NCBI GenBank assembly: GCA_002269645.1
Contig: NIVC01000949.1
Coordinates: forward strand, 110,492 to 174,491
Reading direction: 5' to 3'
DNA length: 64,000 nt
Source: Macrostomum lignano
Taxonomy: Eukaryota
A program made the position numbers and the translations under genes. The notes under the pieces were generated by a model, which was not told the origin of the DNA, did no database searches, and worked only from the letters and a program-made list of their open reading frames with translations. Shown piece by piece: positions 41,200 through 54,371 of this stretch. How positions within the stretch are numbered: the stretch's first letter is position 1; every line of letters starts with the position of its first letter.

Positions 41200-44100
41200 T
41201 CAGTACAGCACGCAGTCGGCGGGCTGTCGGTGCCCCAGCCGAGTCCAGGCCAGCTCCATCAGTAGGATGCAGACTCCGATGCTGTACAGACCGCCCACCA
41301 GCAGCAGGCAGCCGCCCACCCTGTCCAGTCCGATAGATGCTGCTTCGGTCGCTGCAGCGCCGCTGCCCCCGCCGCTGCTCACATCGCAGCCGTCGCCCCT
41401 GGACTTGGCGAAGTCCACATACTCGTCCAGCAGTTTCTGCAGCAGCCCCGACTCGCGCAACTTCTGCAGACTGCAGGTTTTTTGGGGGCTCGCTTTCGCT
41501 CTTCCAGAAGAAGTAAAAGTAATTGGTGAGCCCTAATTACCGAAATCGACTTCCCTGATTTCCCCTAATCGACTTCCCTAATTTCCCTAATCGGCTTCCC
41601 TAATTCCACCCTAATCGACTTCCCTAATCCCCCCTAATCGACTTCCCTAATCCCCCCTAATCGACTTCCCTGATTTCCCCTAATCGACTTCCCTAATTTC
41701 CCTAATCGGCTTCCCTAATTCCACCCTAATCGACTTCCCTAATCCCCCCTAATCGACTTCCCTAATCCCCCCTAATCGACTTCCCTGATTCCCCCTAATC
41801 GACTTCCCTGATTCCCCCTAATCGACTTCCCTAATTTCCCCTAATCGACTTCCCTAATTCCACCCTAATCGACTTCCCTGATTCCCCCTAATCGACTTCC
41901 CTGATTCCCCCTAATCGACTTCCCTGATTCCCCCTAATCGACTCCCTAATTCCCCCTAATCGACTTCCCTGATTCCCCCTAATCGACTTCCCTGATTCCC
42001 CCTAATCGACTTCCCTAATTTCCCTTAATCGACTAATCGACTTTCCCAATTTCCCACTCGTCTCATCAATTCTCCTGCACGAGCTCCCCTATTATCGCTC
42101 TCACTGGAAGTCCATCAGTTCTGAGTACACAGCATCCTCAGGGTACATGTAGGCTAGGCTGGCCCTGTTGAACTGCTCCTTGGCCAGGTAGAACTCTGAG
42201 CAGCTGCGACTAGCAAAGACCATCAAGAAGGTGTAGTCTCCGATGCAGGCTCGCTCCTTTGATTCCATCTGTGAGAAAAATTTCATTGATTTTTTATTGG
42301 ATTTAACAGCGATTACTGCATCGGATAGCTGAAAATGCTAGAAATCCGAACATCTGGAGAATCCCATATAAGAGTCTGAGTTTTTGGAGAATTTCATCAC
42401 TGAGATCATGAGAGTCTCAACATTGAGATCACGAGAGTCCAAACATTGAGATAATGAGAATCTCAACGTCTCACTGGTAAGCTCATGAGAATCTCAGAAC
42501 TGAGATCATGAGAATATCAGAACTGAAATCATGAGAATCTCAACATTGAGATCATGAGAGCTCAACATTGAGATCACGAGAGTCTAAACATTGAGATAAT
42601 GAGAATCTTAACAGCTCACTGGTGAGCTCATGAGAATCTCAATGGTGTGATAATGAGAATCTCAAGGGTGAGATCGTGAGAATCTCAGAACTGAGATCAT
42701 GAGAATTTCAGAACTGAGATCATGAGAACTTCAAGCGTGAGATCATGAGAATCTCAGAACTGAGATCATGAGAATCTCAACGTCTCACTGGTGAGATCAT
42801 GAGAATCTCAACATCTTACTGGTGTGATCGCAACACGAGACCATGAGAATCTCAACACTGAGACCGAGAATCTCAACTTTGTTGACTTTCATCATGTTTA
42901 GTTTCTATAAAACAAAACAGCGATCTCACCTCATCCATGCATTTCCGACCAGACTCTACCGGTATCACGGTATCGCCGACCTGCTTGTAAACGCCAGATT
43001 TTGCTTCCTTAAATAGCGAGTGAGAATTCGTATCGACAATGACCATCGGCTTGATGGCGGACTGAGCCACCAGCTCATCCAGGGTCTCGATTGACTTGGC
43101 CACGGTGTTTACAGTCAGGTGTGACGTTAAATCAGCTGCAGATGAATTTGCAGATATTATAATACTTTCAAATCACTGATAGCTCATCCTCAGATGTAAT
43201 CATTCCCGTGTACACCCCAAAGCATAGATAACTCATTCCCGTGTACACCCCAAAGCATAGATAGCTCAAACCCGTGTACACCCCAAACCATAGATAATTC
43301 CTACGTGTACACCCCAAACCATAGATAATTCCTCCGTGTACACCCCAAACCATAGATAATTCCTACGTGTACACCCCAAACCATAGATAATTCCTACGTG
43401 TACACCCCAAACCATAGATAATTCCTCCGTGTACACCCCAAACCATAGATAATTCCTACGTGTACACCCCAAACCATAGATAATTCCTCCGTGTACACCC
43501 CAAACCATAGATAATTCCTACGTGTACACCCCAAACCATAGATAATTCCTACGTGTACACCCCAAACCATAGATAATTCATTCCGTGTACACCCCAAACC
43601 ATAGATAGCTCAAACGCGTGTACACCCCAAACCATAGAATACACCCAATACCCATTCCAATAACCCCTCAGCTCATGAATTCATCCGCTTTCTCACCCCT
43701 CACAATCTCAAGTCTTACCCGTGAAAGCGCAGTAGATAATCACGGTAAACATCCACCAGAAAGCCATGGCAGTCCGGGCAGACACAGCGAATGGATAAAA
43801 GTCCTGGCCTTGCTGCATAAAACTGCCAATCGCACTCCACAGATACTCCTGCAGCCAGACCTCGTCGGCGATGGAAAACTCAAGACCGAGATTGTACGCC
43901 GAGAATGGGGAGAAATAAGCAAAAAACCAGACGGAGATTGCGCAAAACGCAATGGACGCTACTAACAGTAGCCAGATTAGGATGCCAAATGATTGAAAGG
44001 CATTCCACAGTCGGGGCGGCGGCCGCGGCCGAGGCAGCATCATACCGGTCGACTCCTCCATCAGTGGCACCGAGAATTCAATCACCGTTTGCCGAGCAGC

Positions 44101-47100
44101 CGTCATCGTGAAGTGCCCGGCGGCCAGGGTCACAAGCTGCAACAGTGACACGGCTACCTAAACTCCAGGTCAGGAAACAGAACACCCCAGACCCACTGCA
44201 GACTACTCACGCCTTTCTGCAGTTCTCCAACACAGCCGGAAAAGATGCTTGAGTTCGGCAGTGGAGCGCCCCATTTATTGTCGTCAGAACGTTTCGCAAT
44301 GAAACTTGAGGAGATGGATATTTTGCATGGATTTTGTATTGATGAGGTAGCCTCAATTCTTAGTTTTTGGTCAACAGATACCTGAGCGACACCGTACACA
44401 CTCCATGAGCAGCCAGTCTCTGACCGACACCGCACACACTCCATGAGCAGCCAGTCTCTGACCGACACCGCACACACTCCATGAGCAGCCAGTCTCTGAC
44501 CGACACCGCGCGCACTCCATGAGCAGCCAGTCAGTCTCTGACTGACACCTTGCGCACTCCATGAGCAGTCAGCCCCCGCCAACACTTACCGGAAGTCCAT
44601 TTTCTCAGCCAGCATGTTCAGCACGGACGCTGTGAAGCCAGAAAATTTGGCGCTGCTGTCCTACAAAGAGGATTTTTGCGGTTTGGCGGCGTGAATATTG
44701 ACACAACGTTAAAATTTATTTCTCTCAGCAACACCCGACTTACCGCAGGTGCCTCGGGTGCGCAAATGGTGATGGTCTCGTTCTTGAAGCCCAGAAAGGT
44801 GTTGGGGAAGACCAGCTGCTCAGACCGGTAGCTAAACAGTTTGCTCAGCTCACCGCTGGAAACGTCGAACGCGGCTGATCGAAGGAACTCCAGCGGTGAG
44901 GACTTCAACTTGTTGTAAGAAGCGACCAGCTCCAGACCCTGCGAGCCGAGGTGTCTGGTGCTGGCGTTGAAGGACGTCCGACCTCTCAGCTGTGAAATGG
45001 TGAACAGGTATGAGTAGGTATTTGAATTGACTATTCAGTTCTGTTAATCTAGCGAAGCTTCAATCTAGTTAGCTCAGTTAGCTCACAGCGATCAGTTGAG
45101 TCATCACGGAGCTACCGTTGCTCCAGGGTTGTAGAGGCAGACAGGAGGCATTGCTGGGCTGGAATCCGGGCAACAGCAGCGACTGATTCAGCGCGGCAGC
45201 CACAGCTTCCACAGCCTCAACGAATCGAACGTCCAGGGTCTGCGGATCAAGTCAAGCTCGCATTGTTACTGAATTTGCGCAAAGTCAACAATTGATCTCT
45301 AAGACTTAAGAGAATGCTACATCCTTCACATATTTAAGCCTCAAACACTTTTGCATCTTAAAACAAAATTTGTCCTGACGCTTTTTATCTTTAGGAAATC
45401 CTTTAATTCTTGACGCACGCGTGTTCGACACTACTGTTCACATCATGTGCCGTTGAAAACTACGGAAACTGTTGGCATTCGGGTTCTTGACACTTTCAAC
45501 TTCAGTGTTGCGAGCTGCATTCATGTTACTTAATATACCAAATCATGTGACCTGTTGGGCCGTTGGCGACACCAGCTGGCAGGCAACATCATCCGCACCG
45601 AGTCGTACATGTACTGCCCACAGCGTGGTGCAGTAGGTGCTGCTGCTGAGGATCTCACATCCTTGATGCAATCCTCAGACACTGCTGCATCTCACATCCT
45701 TGATGCAATCCTCAGACATTACTGCATCTCACATCCTTGATGCAATCCTCAGACATTACTGCATCTCACATCCTTGATGCAATCCTCAGACATTACTGCA
45801 TCTCACATCCTTGATGCAATCTTCAGACATTACTGCATCTCACATCCTTGATGCAATCCTCAGACATTACTGCATCTCACATCCTTGATGCAATCCTCAG
45901 ACACTGCTGTATCCATAACGTCCATTGCCATCTCGAGTCCTTACTCCCAGCTCACCCGCAAGCTCCGGCCGTCTCCAACTTCAAGCAGGTCCGTGCAGGC
46001 GGTTGAGCACTCGGCCGTGGCTCCTCTGAGCAGCGCCACATTGGCGCCAGCCGAGGCGGCCAGCAAAGCCGCCAGCGGGCCCGTGGAGAGGCCGCCGCCG
46101 TCCAGCAGCAGCCAGAAATAATTCTGCCCGAGCACCGCCGCGTCGGCCGCACGTCGCAGCGTTTCGATCGCGTTGGCCGGCGTTGCCAATAGCAACAGAC
46201 GGCGGACTCGCTTGCGGACGAGGCTGCGCAGACGCGACGTCAGGTTGGAGGAGGCCGTAGCTGTTGAGTCGAGCTGCAGGGCGAAGCTGCCGACTCCAAC
46301 TCGAGACAGGCGGGACTGCAGCCGCTCCAGCACTGGCTGACCTAATGTTTCATAGAATAAAGCATAAATTCAGCGTCATATTTTTACTGCTAAATAATTG
46401 GCTTCATATACTGAATCTCAACTCTGCTCCCTATCGAAGAGAATCGCGGCCTGGCTGTTCCGCGATGAGCTGCCAGTGCCAGCTGACTGGATGGCCGCCA
46501 CGGCTGCCGAGATGAAGTCCCGACTTGAATGCATGCCGAACAGGACAGAACTGCCGTCTGAAGTGTGAGAAAGTCTGTTGATAGCTAATAATGTCTTTTG
46601 GAGTCAGTCGAAATCTCTTGTAAGCATCGACAGCGTTTCGCAAAAAATCAAAGGAATCAGCTTTTAAAAATTTGACTAATGGCCCTTCTAGATTTCTGGA
46701 TATCACTGTAATCAGTGGAGCTAAGCTTAGAGTAAAGTATTAGATTTCTAATATATCAAACAGTCTTTCACTTCGAAATCAGAGAATCTCCCCCTGAAAT
46801 TTAAGAATCTCACCTTGAAATTTGAGAATCTCACCTCGAAATCTGAGAATCTCAACTCGAAATCTAAGAATCTCACCACGAAATCCGAGAATATCACCTC
46901 GAAATCTAAGAATCTCACCTTGCAATTTAAGAATCTCACCTTAAAACCTAAGAATCCCACCTCGAAATCTAAGAATATCACCTTTAAATCTTAGAATCTC
47001 ACCTCGAAATCTATTATTCCTACCTCACATCCCAAGAATCTTAAATTTTAAAAAGACTCCCCCCAAAAAGTCTCAAAGAGGCTCTCTAGTAGGTGGCTCA

Positions 47101-48701
47101 CCAGTCCAGTCGCACCCCAGCTCGGAGGGCAGGGCCAGCAGAGGCACCCGCAAAGACTCGGCCAGGGGAGTCACCTGCCTGAGCAGGCGACAACGGCCGG
47201 TGGCAATAATTGCTGAGAGATTCCGCTCGCTGCACACTGTGAGGTTGAAAATGTGTCTTTGTACATACTATGGACATGTACTGTCTATGGACACAAGCTG
47301 TACCGCCTGTGGACATAAGCTGTACTGTCTATAGACACGGACTGTATTGTCTATGGACACAAAATGGACACAAACTGTACTGTCTGTGAACACAAACTGT
47401 ACTGTCATTAGACAAACTGTGCTGTCTGTAGACACAAGCTGTACTGTCGATGGACACAAGTTGTACCGTTTATAGACACAAACTGCACTGTCTGTCGACA
47501 CAAACTGCACTGTGTATAGGCAAAAACTGCGCTGTTAGTAGACACAAACTGGACGCATACTGGACTGTCTATAGACACAAACTGTACTGTGTGTAGACAC
47601 AAACTGTACTGCCTATGGACACAAAATGGTCACAAGCTGTACTGTCTATGGACACAAATGGTCACAAACTGTACTGTCTATGGACACAAAATGGTCACAA
47701 ACTGTACTTTTCTATGGACACAAAATGGTCACAAACTGTACTGTCTATGGACACAAATGGTCACAAACTGTACTGTCTATGGACACAAATGGTCACAAAC
47801 TGTACTGTCTATGGACACAAAATGGTTAAAAACTGTACTGTCTATGGACACAAAATGGTCACAAACTGTACTGTCTATGGACACAATGGTCACAAACTGT
47901 ACTGTCTATGGACACAAAATGGTCACAAACTGTATTGTCTATGGACACAAAATGGTCACAAACTGTACTGTCTATGGACACAAATGGTCACAAACTGTAC
48001 TGTCTATGGACACAAAATGGTCACAAACTGTACTGTCTATGGACACAATGGTCACAAACTTTACTGTCTATGGACACAAAATGGTCACAAACTGTACTGT
48101 CTATGGACACAAATGGTCACAAACTGTACTGTCTATGGACACAAAATGGTCACAAACTGTACTGTCTATGGACACAAAATGGTCACAAACTGTACTGTCT
48201 ATGGACACAAAATGGTCACAAACTGTACTGTCTATGGACACAAATGGTCACAAAATGTACTGTCTATGGACACAAATGGTCACAAACTGTACTGTCTATG
48301 GACACAAAATGGTCACAAACTGTACTGTCTATGGACACAAATGGTCACAAACTGTACTGTCTATGGACACATAATGGTCACAAACTGTACTGTATATGGA
48401 CACAAAATGGTCACAAACTGTACTGTCTATGGACACAAATGGTCACAAACTGCACTGCCCATCACTCACACGCTCTCGCAGCCTCCAGACCATCACTAGT
48501 TCGCACAATGACCGCAGTCATTGTATGACCCGCCAGCACTCTCCAGTTATTGCTGATCCGCAGTCGAAGTGTCAGGTTGATTAAAGAATCGCTCAGCAGG
48601 TCGGCCTCAGTCACCACAGCAATCTTCAGCAGCAGGCTGCAGCTGGGATTAAAACTCAGACTCAGTAATAGAATCAAGGAAAGTCCTGTGAAACCTGGCA
48701 T
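41200..48701 (-). CDS. Ionotropic glutamate receptor-family subunit, non-NMDA (paralog A). Exons 48701-48470, 47236-47102, 46557-46423, 46341-45956, 45239-45087, 44989-44744, 44660-44590, 44304-44211, 44136-43719, 43135-42930, 42268-42105, 41470-41200 (2511 nt, ~836 aa)
   Basis: All junctions are GT-AG and phase-consistent. Signal peptide MPGFTGLSLILLLSLSF, ATD, S1 (WGAPLPNSSIFSGCVGELQKG, TMTAARQTVIEFS), M1, pore loop GSFMQQGQ, M3 WWMFTVIIYCAFTADLTSHLT, S2, M4 (IGLDRVGGCLLLVGG), short C-tail. Subclass not assignable by eye. Confidence 0.9.
41535..42050. repeat. ~23-bp minisatellite (CTAATCGACTTCCCTGATTCCCC), iGluR-A last intron
   Basis: Direct reading. Confidence 0.92.
42385..42875. repeat. 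Degenerate ~23-bp minisatellite (GAGATCATGAGAATCTCA...), iGluR-A intron
   Basis: Direct reading. Confidence 0.8.
43200..43640. repeat. 31-bp minisatellite (GTGTACACCCCAAACCATAGATAATTCCTAC), iGluR-A intron
   Basis: Period 31. Confidence 0.93.
44390..44565. repeat. 38-bp minisatellite (~4.5 copies), iGluR-A intron
   Basis: Unit GCAGCCAGTCTCTGACCGACACCGCACACACTCCATGA. Confidence 0.88.
45650..45905. repeat. 37-bp minisatellite (CATCCTTGATGCAATCCTCAGACATTACTGCATCTCA), iGluR-A intron; also present in paralog B
   Basis: Same unit at 58775-59040. Confidence 0.92.
46780..47040. repeat. 21-bp minisatellite (GAATCTCACCTCGAAATCTAA), iGluR-A intron
   Basis: 7-aa periodic ORF 46748-46981. Confidence 0.85.
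47265..48455. repeat. 32/33-bp minisatellite (GGACACAAAATGGTCACAAACTGTACTGTCTAT), iGluR-A intron 1
   Basis: Degenerate 47265-47600, homogeneous 47610-48455. Confidence 0.95.
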
Positions 48702-49599
48702 TCTTTTTGGTGATAAGAAATCTTCAAATAATTTCTTCCGCGAATCTATGTCTTTTATATAAAAAATGAGAGAACGCATTTTCACCTGTTATTGATTTAT
48801 TGAAGTTAAAAGTTAACAGCTTAATTCTGATTTATTGGAATTGGCAAAGCTCTCTTTTGTCTTACAGATTTTTATTGAATTACTTTTTCCTGAAAAAGCA
48901 TTGAGGGACATGATAAAAGCTTTTAGTTCCACGTGTAATATTGATTTCATTTTTGGTTTGATGAATGCATTTACTTTTACCGATTAAGTGAACTGACTTA
49001 ATGGAAATTCGACATTAAGCTAGGACTGATGACAAGCTTCGGATAATTTTCGAAAAACAGCAATATATCGATGTCTTTTAGCCCAAGAAAGGGGATGTCA
49101 ACTTAAGCACCAGAATGGAGCCCGAAGTTCAGCTCCGGACCAAACCGACTGCAATCGATAACTTGTCGGCCCAGACGACTAGAATCGCCGAGACATCCCA
49201 TCCGGGTCCCTTCCTTGGGGTCCCAGGGGATAAAGGGGATAAAATGGGGATCTCATGTCAACTTAAGCATCAGAATGGAGCCCGAAGTTCAGCTCCGGAC
49301 CAAACCGACTGCAATCGATAACTTGTCGGCCCAGACGACTAGAATCGCCGAGACATCCCATCCGGGTCCCTTCCTTGGGGTCCCAGGGGATAAAGGGGAT
49401 AAAATGGGGATCTCATGTCAACTTAAGGCTCTGGAATGGAGCCCGAAGTTCAGCTCCGGCCCAAACCGACTGAAATCGATAACTTGTCGGCCCAGACGAC
49501 TAGAATCGCCGAGACATCCCATCCGGCTCCCTTCCTTGGGGTGACTGAAACTCCTCTTGCTGGCCGCTAGACTGTTGCTCAGTAGGCTTCCGCTGCTGT

Positions 49600-50345
49600 G
49601 GTAAAGCATTTTCTCTGGCATAAAGTCTGGCAACAAGGCTGCGTGGAACTTCCAGCTTCCAGCTTTTGCTGATGAGTAGTAGCCACGAAGAAGTTGCAAT
49701 CCAGGATCTCTAAAACCAAAGCGATTGTCCGCTGCTGTCACACACTCTAAGAATCACGCGTAGGATTTCGAATTATGGCGCGAGAAAACGACAGCTAGTA
49801 AAATCAAAACGGATGCCACCGACCGAATAGGTTGCTCCAGTTTTCTAACGGCGTCTCTTGCCGAATCTTCCAACACTCCCGGCGGCTCGGATGTGTAACT
49901 CAAAGTCTCTCCAGGAGTCACCTTCGTAGCTACCGAGAACCTCCTTGACACGAATGTTTTGAATGTAATAATCGGCTTGATTTAGTTGATACGGACCCAC
50001 CGAAACCTCTGTCGAATTCATTGTGTGAATTCGGGGGAACCCCGAGCTTTTTGGATCCAGCGGGTTGACAGCAATCCATGCCCTTGTGTTAGCAGGGGGG
50101 CACGCTTCAGATCACAGTTGAAGTGCAGCTGCTCAATTTCGTCCAGTTCGTTGGACAAGAGCACTCGGCGCATGAAATTCTGACCGAATTCGAACAACGA
50201 TAGCCCTGTCCATGACGGTGGAGCTGTTTAAATGATTCAAAACCTGGATGCGCCCGGTTGTACTTTGCCATCGAGGTCTCGATAACAACGTCTAATCGGC
50301 TGGGCTTACTGAAGCCGGCTGACGGCAGCCACTGATACGGTTTGT
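49600..50345 (-). pseudogene. Frameshifted, stop-containing remnant resembling the C-terminal part (post-DDE region plus SWIM-like finger) of DDE_Tnp_4 / ISL2EU-PHIS-type transposases
   Basis: Colinear minus-strand motifs: DVVIETSMAKYNRAHP; MRRVLLSNELDEIEQLHF; VGPYQLNQADYYI (50000-49962); SRHNSKSYA (49783-49757); GYYSSAKAG (49684-49658). These resemble, from memory, GxYQLxQAxSY...SRH...Y...GYYCxCKxG. Not database-verified; the cysteines are lost. Confidence 0.5.
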
Positions 50346-50430
50346 GCCTCTCGTTAACACATTAGTCCTGCTTAATGGCAGCAAAGCAGCACATAGCGGA
50401 ACATAGTGGCACAGCGGATGTCTCTGCGAT

Positions 50431-53400
50431 TCTTGTCGTCTGGGCCGACAAGTTATCGATTGCAGTCGGTTTGGGCCGGAGCTGAACTTTGGGCTCCATT
50501 CCAGAGCCTTAAGTTGACATGAGATCCCCATTTTATCCCCTTTATCCCCTGGGACCCCAAGGAAGGGAGCCGGATGGGATGTCTCGGCGATTCTAGTCGT
50601 CTGGGCCGACAAGTTATCGATTTCAGTCGGTTTGGTCCGGAGCTGAACTTCGGGCTCCATTCCAGAGCCTTAAGTTGACATGAGATCCCCATTTTATCCC
50701 CTTTATCCCCTGGGACCCCAAGGAAGGGACCCGGATGGGATGTCTCGGCGATTCTAGTCGTCTGGGCCGACAAGTTATCGATTGCAGTCGGTTTGGTCCG
50801 GAGCTGAACTTCGGGCTCCATTCTGGTGCTTAAGTTGACATGAGATCCCCATTTTATCCCCTTTATCCCCTGGGACCCCAAGGAAGGGACCCGGATGGGA
50901 TGTCTCGGCGATTCTAGTCGTCTGGGCCGACAAGTTATCGATTTCAGTCGGTTTGGTCCGGAGCTGAACTTCGGGCTCCATTCTGGTGCTTAAGTTGACA
51001 TGAGATCCCCATTTTATCCCCTTTATCCCCTGGGACCCCAAGGAAGGGACCCGGATGGGATGTCTCGGCGATTCTAGTCGTCTGGGCCGACAAGTTATCG
51101 ATTTCAGTCGGTTTGGGCCGGAGCTGAACTTCGGGCTCCATTCCAGAGCCTTAAGTTGACATGAGATCCCCATTTTATCCCCTTTATCCCCTGGGACCCC
51201 AAGGAAGGGACCCGGATGGGATGTCTCGGCGATTCTAGTCGTCTGGGCCGACAAGTTATCGATTGCAGTCGGTTTGGTCCGGAGCTGAACTTCGGGCTCC
51301 ATTCTGGTGCTTAAGTTGACATGAGATCCCCATTTTATCCCCTTTATCCCCTGGGACCCCAAGGAAGGGACCCGGATGGGATGTCTCGGCGATTCTAGTC
51401 GTCTGGGCCGACAAGTTATCGATTTCAGTCGGTTTGGGCCGGAGCTGAACTTCGGGCTCCATTCCAGAGCCTTAAGTTGACATGAGATCCCCATTTTATC
51501 CCCTTTATCCCCTGGGACCCCAAGGAAGGGACCCGGATGGGATGTCTCGGCGATTCTAGTCGTCTGGGCCGACAAGTTATCGATTGCAGTCGGTTTGGTC
51601 CGGAGCTGAACTTCGGGCTCCATTCTGGTGCTTAAGTTGACATGAGATCCCCATTTTATCCCCTTTATCCCCTGGGACCCCAAGGAAGGGACCCGGATGG
51701 GATGTCTCGGCGATTCTAGTCGTCTGGGCCGACAAGTTATCGATTTCAGTCGGTTTGGGCCGGAGCTGAACTTCGGGCTCCATTCCAGAGCCTTAAGTTG
51801 ACATGAGATCCCCATTTTATCCCCTTTATCCCCTGGGACCCCAAGGAAGGGACCCGGATGGGATGTCTCGGCGATTCTAGTCGTCTGGGCCGACAAGTTA
51901 TCGATTGCAGTCGGTTTGGTCCGGAGCTGAACTTCGGGCTCCATTCTGGTGCTTAAGTTGACATGAGATCCCCATTTTATCCCCTTTATCCCCTGGGACC
52001 CCAAGGAAGGGACCCGGATGGGATGTCTCGGCGATTCTAGTCGTCTGGGCCGACAAGTTATCGATTTCAGTCGGTTTGGGCCGGAGCTGAACTTCGGGCT
52101 CCATTCCAGAGCCTTAAGTTGACATGAGATCCCCATTTTATCCCCTTTATCCCCTGGGACCCCAAGGAAGGGACCCGGATGGGATGTCTCGGCGATTCTA
52201 GTCGTCTGGGCCGACAAGTTATCGATTGCAGTCGGTTTGGTCCGGAGCTGAACTTCGGGCTCCATTCTGGTGCTTAAGTTGACATGAGATCCCCATTTTA
52301 TCCCCTTTATCCCCTGGGACCCCAAGGAAGGGACCCGGATGGGATGTCTCGGCGATTCTAGTCGTCTGGGCCGACAAGTTATCGATTTCAGTCGGTTTGG
52401 TCCGGAGCTGAACTTCGGGCTCCATTCTGGTGCTTAAGTTGACATGAGATCCCCATTTTATCCCCTTTATCCCCTGGGACCCCAAGGAAGGGACCCGGAT
52501 GGGATGTCTCGGCGATTCTAGTCGTCTGGGCCGACAAGTTATCGATTTCAGTCGGTTTGGGCCGGAGCTGAACTTCGGGCTCCATTCCAGAGCCTTAAGT
52601 TGACATGAGATCCCCATTTTATCCCCTTTATCCCCTGGGACCCCAAGGAAGGGACCCGGATGGGATGTCTCGGCGATTCTAGTCGTCTGGGCCGACAAGT
52701 TATCGATTGCAGTCGGTTTGGTCCGGAGCTGAACTTCGGGCTCCATTCTGGTGCTTAAGTTGACATGAGATCCCCATTTTATCCCCTTTATCCCCTGGGA
52801 CCCCAAGGAAGGGACCCGGATGGGATGTCTCGGCGATTCTAGTCGTCTGGGCCGACAAGTTATCGATTTCAGTCGGTTTGGTCCGGAGCTGAACTTCGGG
52901 CTCCATTCCAGAGCCTTAAGTTGACATGAGATCCCCATTTTATCCCCTTTATCCCCTGGGACCCCAAGGAAGGGACCCGGATGGGATGTCTCGGCGATTC
53001 TAGTCGTCTGGGCCGACAAGTTATCGATTGCAGTCGGTTTGGTCCGGAGCTGAACTTCGGGCTCCATTCTGGTGCTTAAGTTGACATGAGATCCCCATTT
53101 TATCCCCTTTATCCCCTGGGACCCCAAGGAAGGGACCCGGATGGGATGTCTCGGCGATTCTAGTCGTCTGGGCCGACAAGTTATCGATTTCAGTCGGTTT
53201 GGGCCGGAGCTGAACTTCGGGCTCCATTCCAGAGCCTTAAGTTGACATGAGATCCCCATTTTATCCCCTTTATCCCCTGGGACCCCAAGGAAGGGACCCG
53301 GATGGGATGTCTCGGCGATTCTAGTCGTCTGGGCCGACAAGTTATCGATTGCAGTCGGTTTGGTCCGGAGCTGAACTTCGGGCTCCATTCTGGTGCTTAA

Positions 53401-54371
53401 GTTGACATGAGATCCCCATTTTATCCCCTTTATCCCCTGGGACCCCAAGGAAGGGACCCGGATGGGATGTCTCGGCGATTCTAGTCGTCTGGGCCGACAA
53501 GTTATCGATTTCAGTCGGTTTGGGCCGGAGCTGAACTTCGGGCTCCATTCCAGAGCCTTAAGTTGACATGAGATCCCCATTTTATCCCCTTTATCCCCTG
53601 GGACCCCAAGGAAGGGACCCGGATGGGATGTCTCGGCGATTCTAGTCGTCTGGGCCGACAAGTTATCGATTGCAGTCGGTTTGGTCCGGAGCTGAACTTC
53701 GGGCTCCATTCTGGTGCTTAAGTTGACATGAGATCCCCATTTTATCCCCTTTATCCCCTGGGACCCCAAGGAAGGGACCCGGATGGGATGTCTCGGCGAT
53801 TCTAGTCGTCTGGGCCGACAAGTTATCGATTTCAGTCGGTTTGGGCCGGAGCTGAACTTCGGGCTCCATTCCAGAGCCTTAAGTTGACATGAGATCCCCA
53901 TTTTATCCCCTTTATCCCCTGGGACCCCAAGGAAGGGACCCGGATGGGATGTCTCGGCGATTCTAGTCGTCTGGGCCGACAAGTTATCGATTGCAGTCGG
54001 TTTGGTCCGGAGCTGAACTTCGGGCTCCATTCTGGTGCTTAAGTTGACATGAGATCCCCATTTTATCCCCTTTATCCCCTGGGACCCCAAGGAAGGGACC
54101 CGGATGGGATGTCTCGGCGATTCTAGTCGTCTGGGCCGACAAGTTATCGATTTCAGTCGGTTTGGGCCGGAGCTGAACTTCGGGCTCCATTCCAGAGCCT
54201 TAAGTTGACATGAGATCCCCATTTTATCCCCTTTATTCCCTGGGACCCCAAGGAAGGGACCCGGATGGGATGTCTCGGCGATTCTAGTCGTCTGGGCCGA
54301 CAAGTTATCGATTGCAGTCGGTTTGGTCCGGAGCTGAACTTCGGGCTCCATTCTGGTGCTTAAGTTGACAT
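50431..54371. repeat. ~3.9-kb satellite of 160/161-bp units, mostly alternating as a 321-bp dimer
   Basis: Type A ...TCCATTCCAGAGCCTTAAG (161 bp) and type B ...TCCATTCTGGTGCTTAAG (160 bp). The ORF track shows a 321-bp period. Confidence 0.97.
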
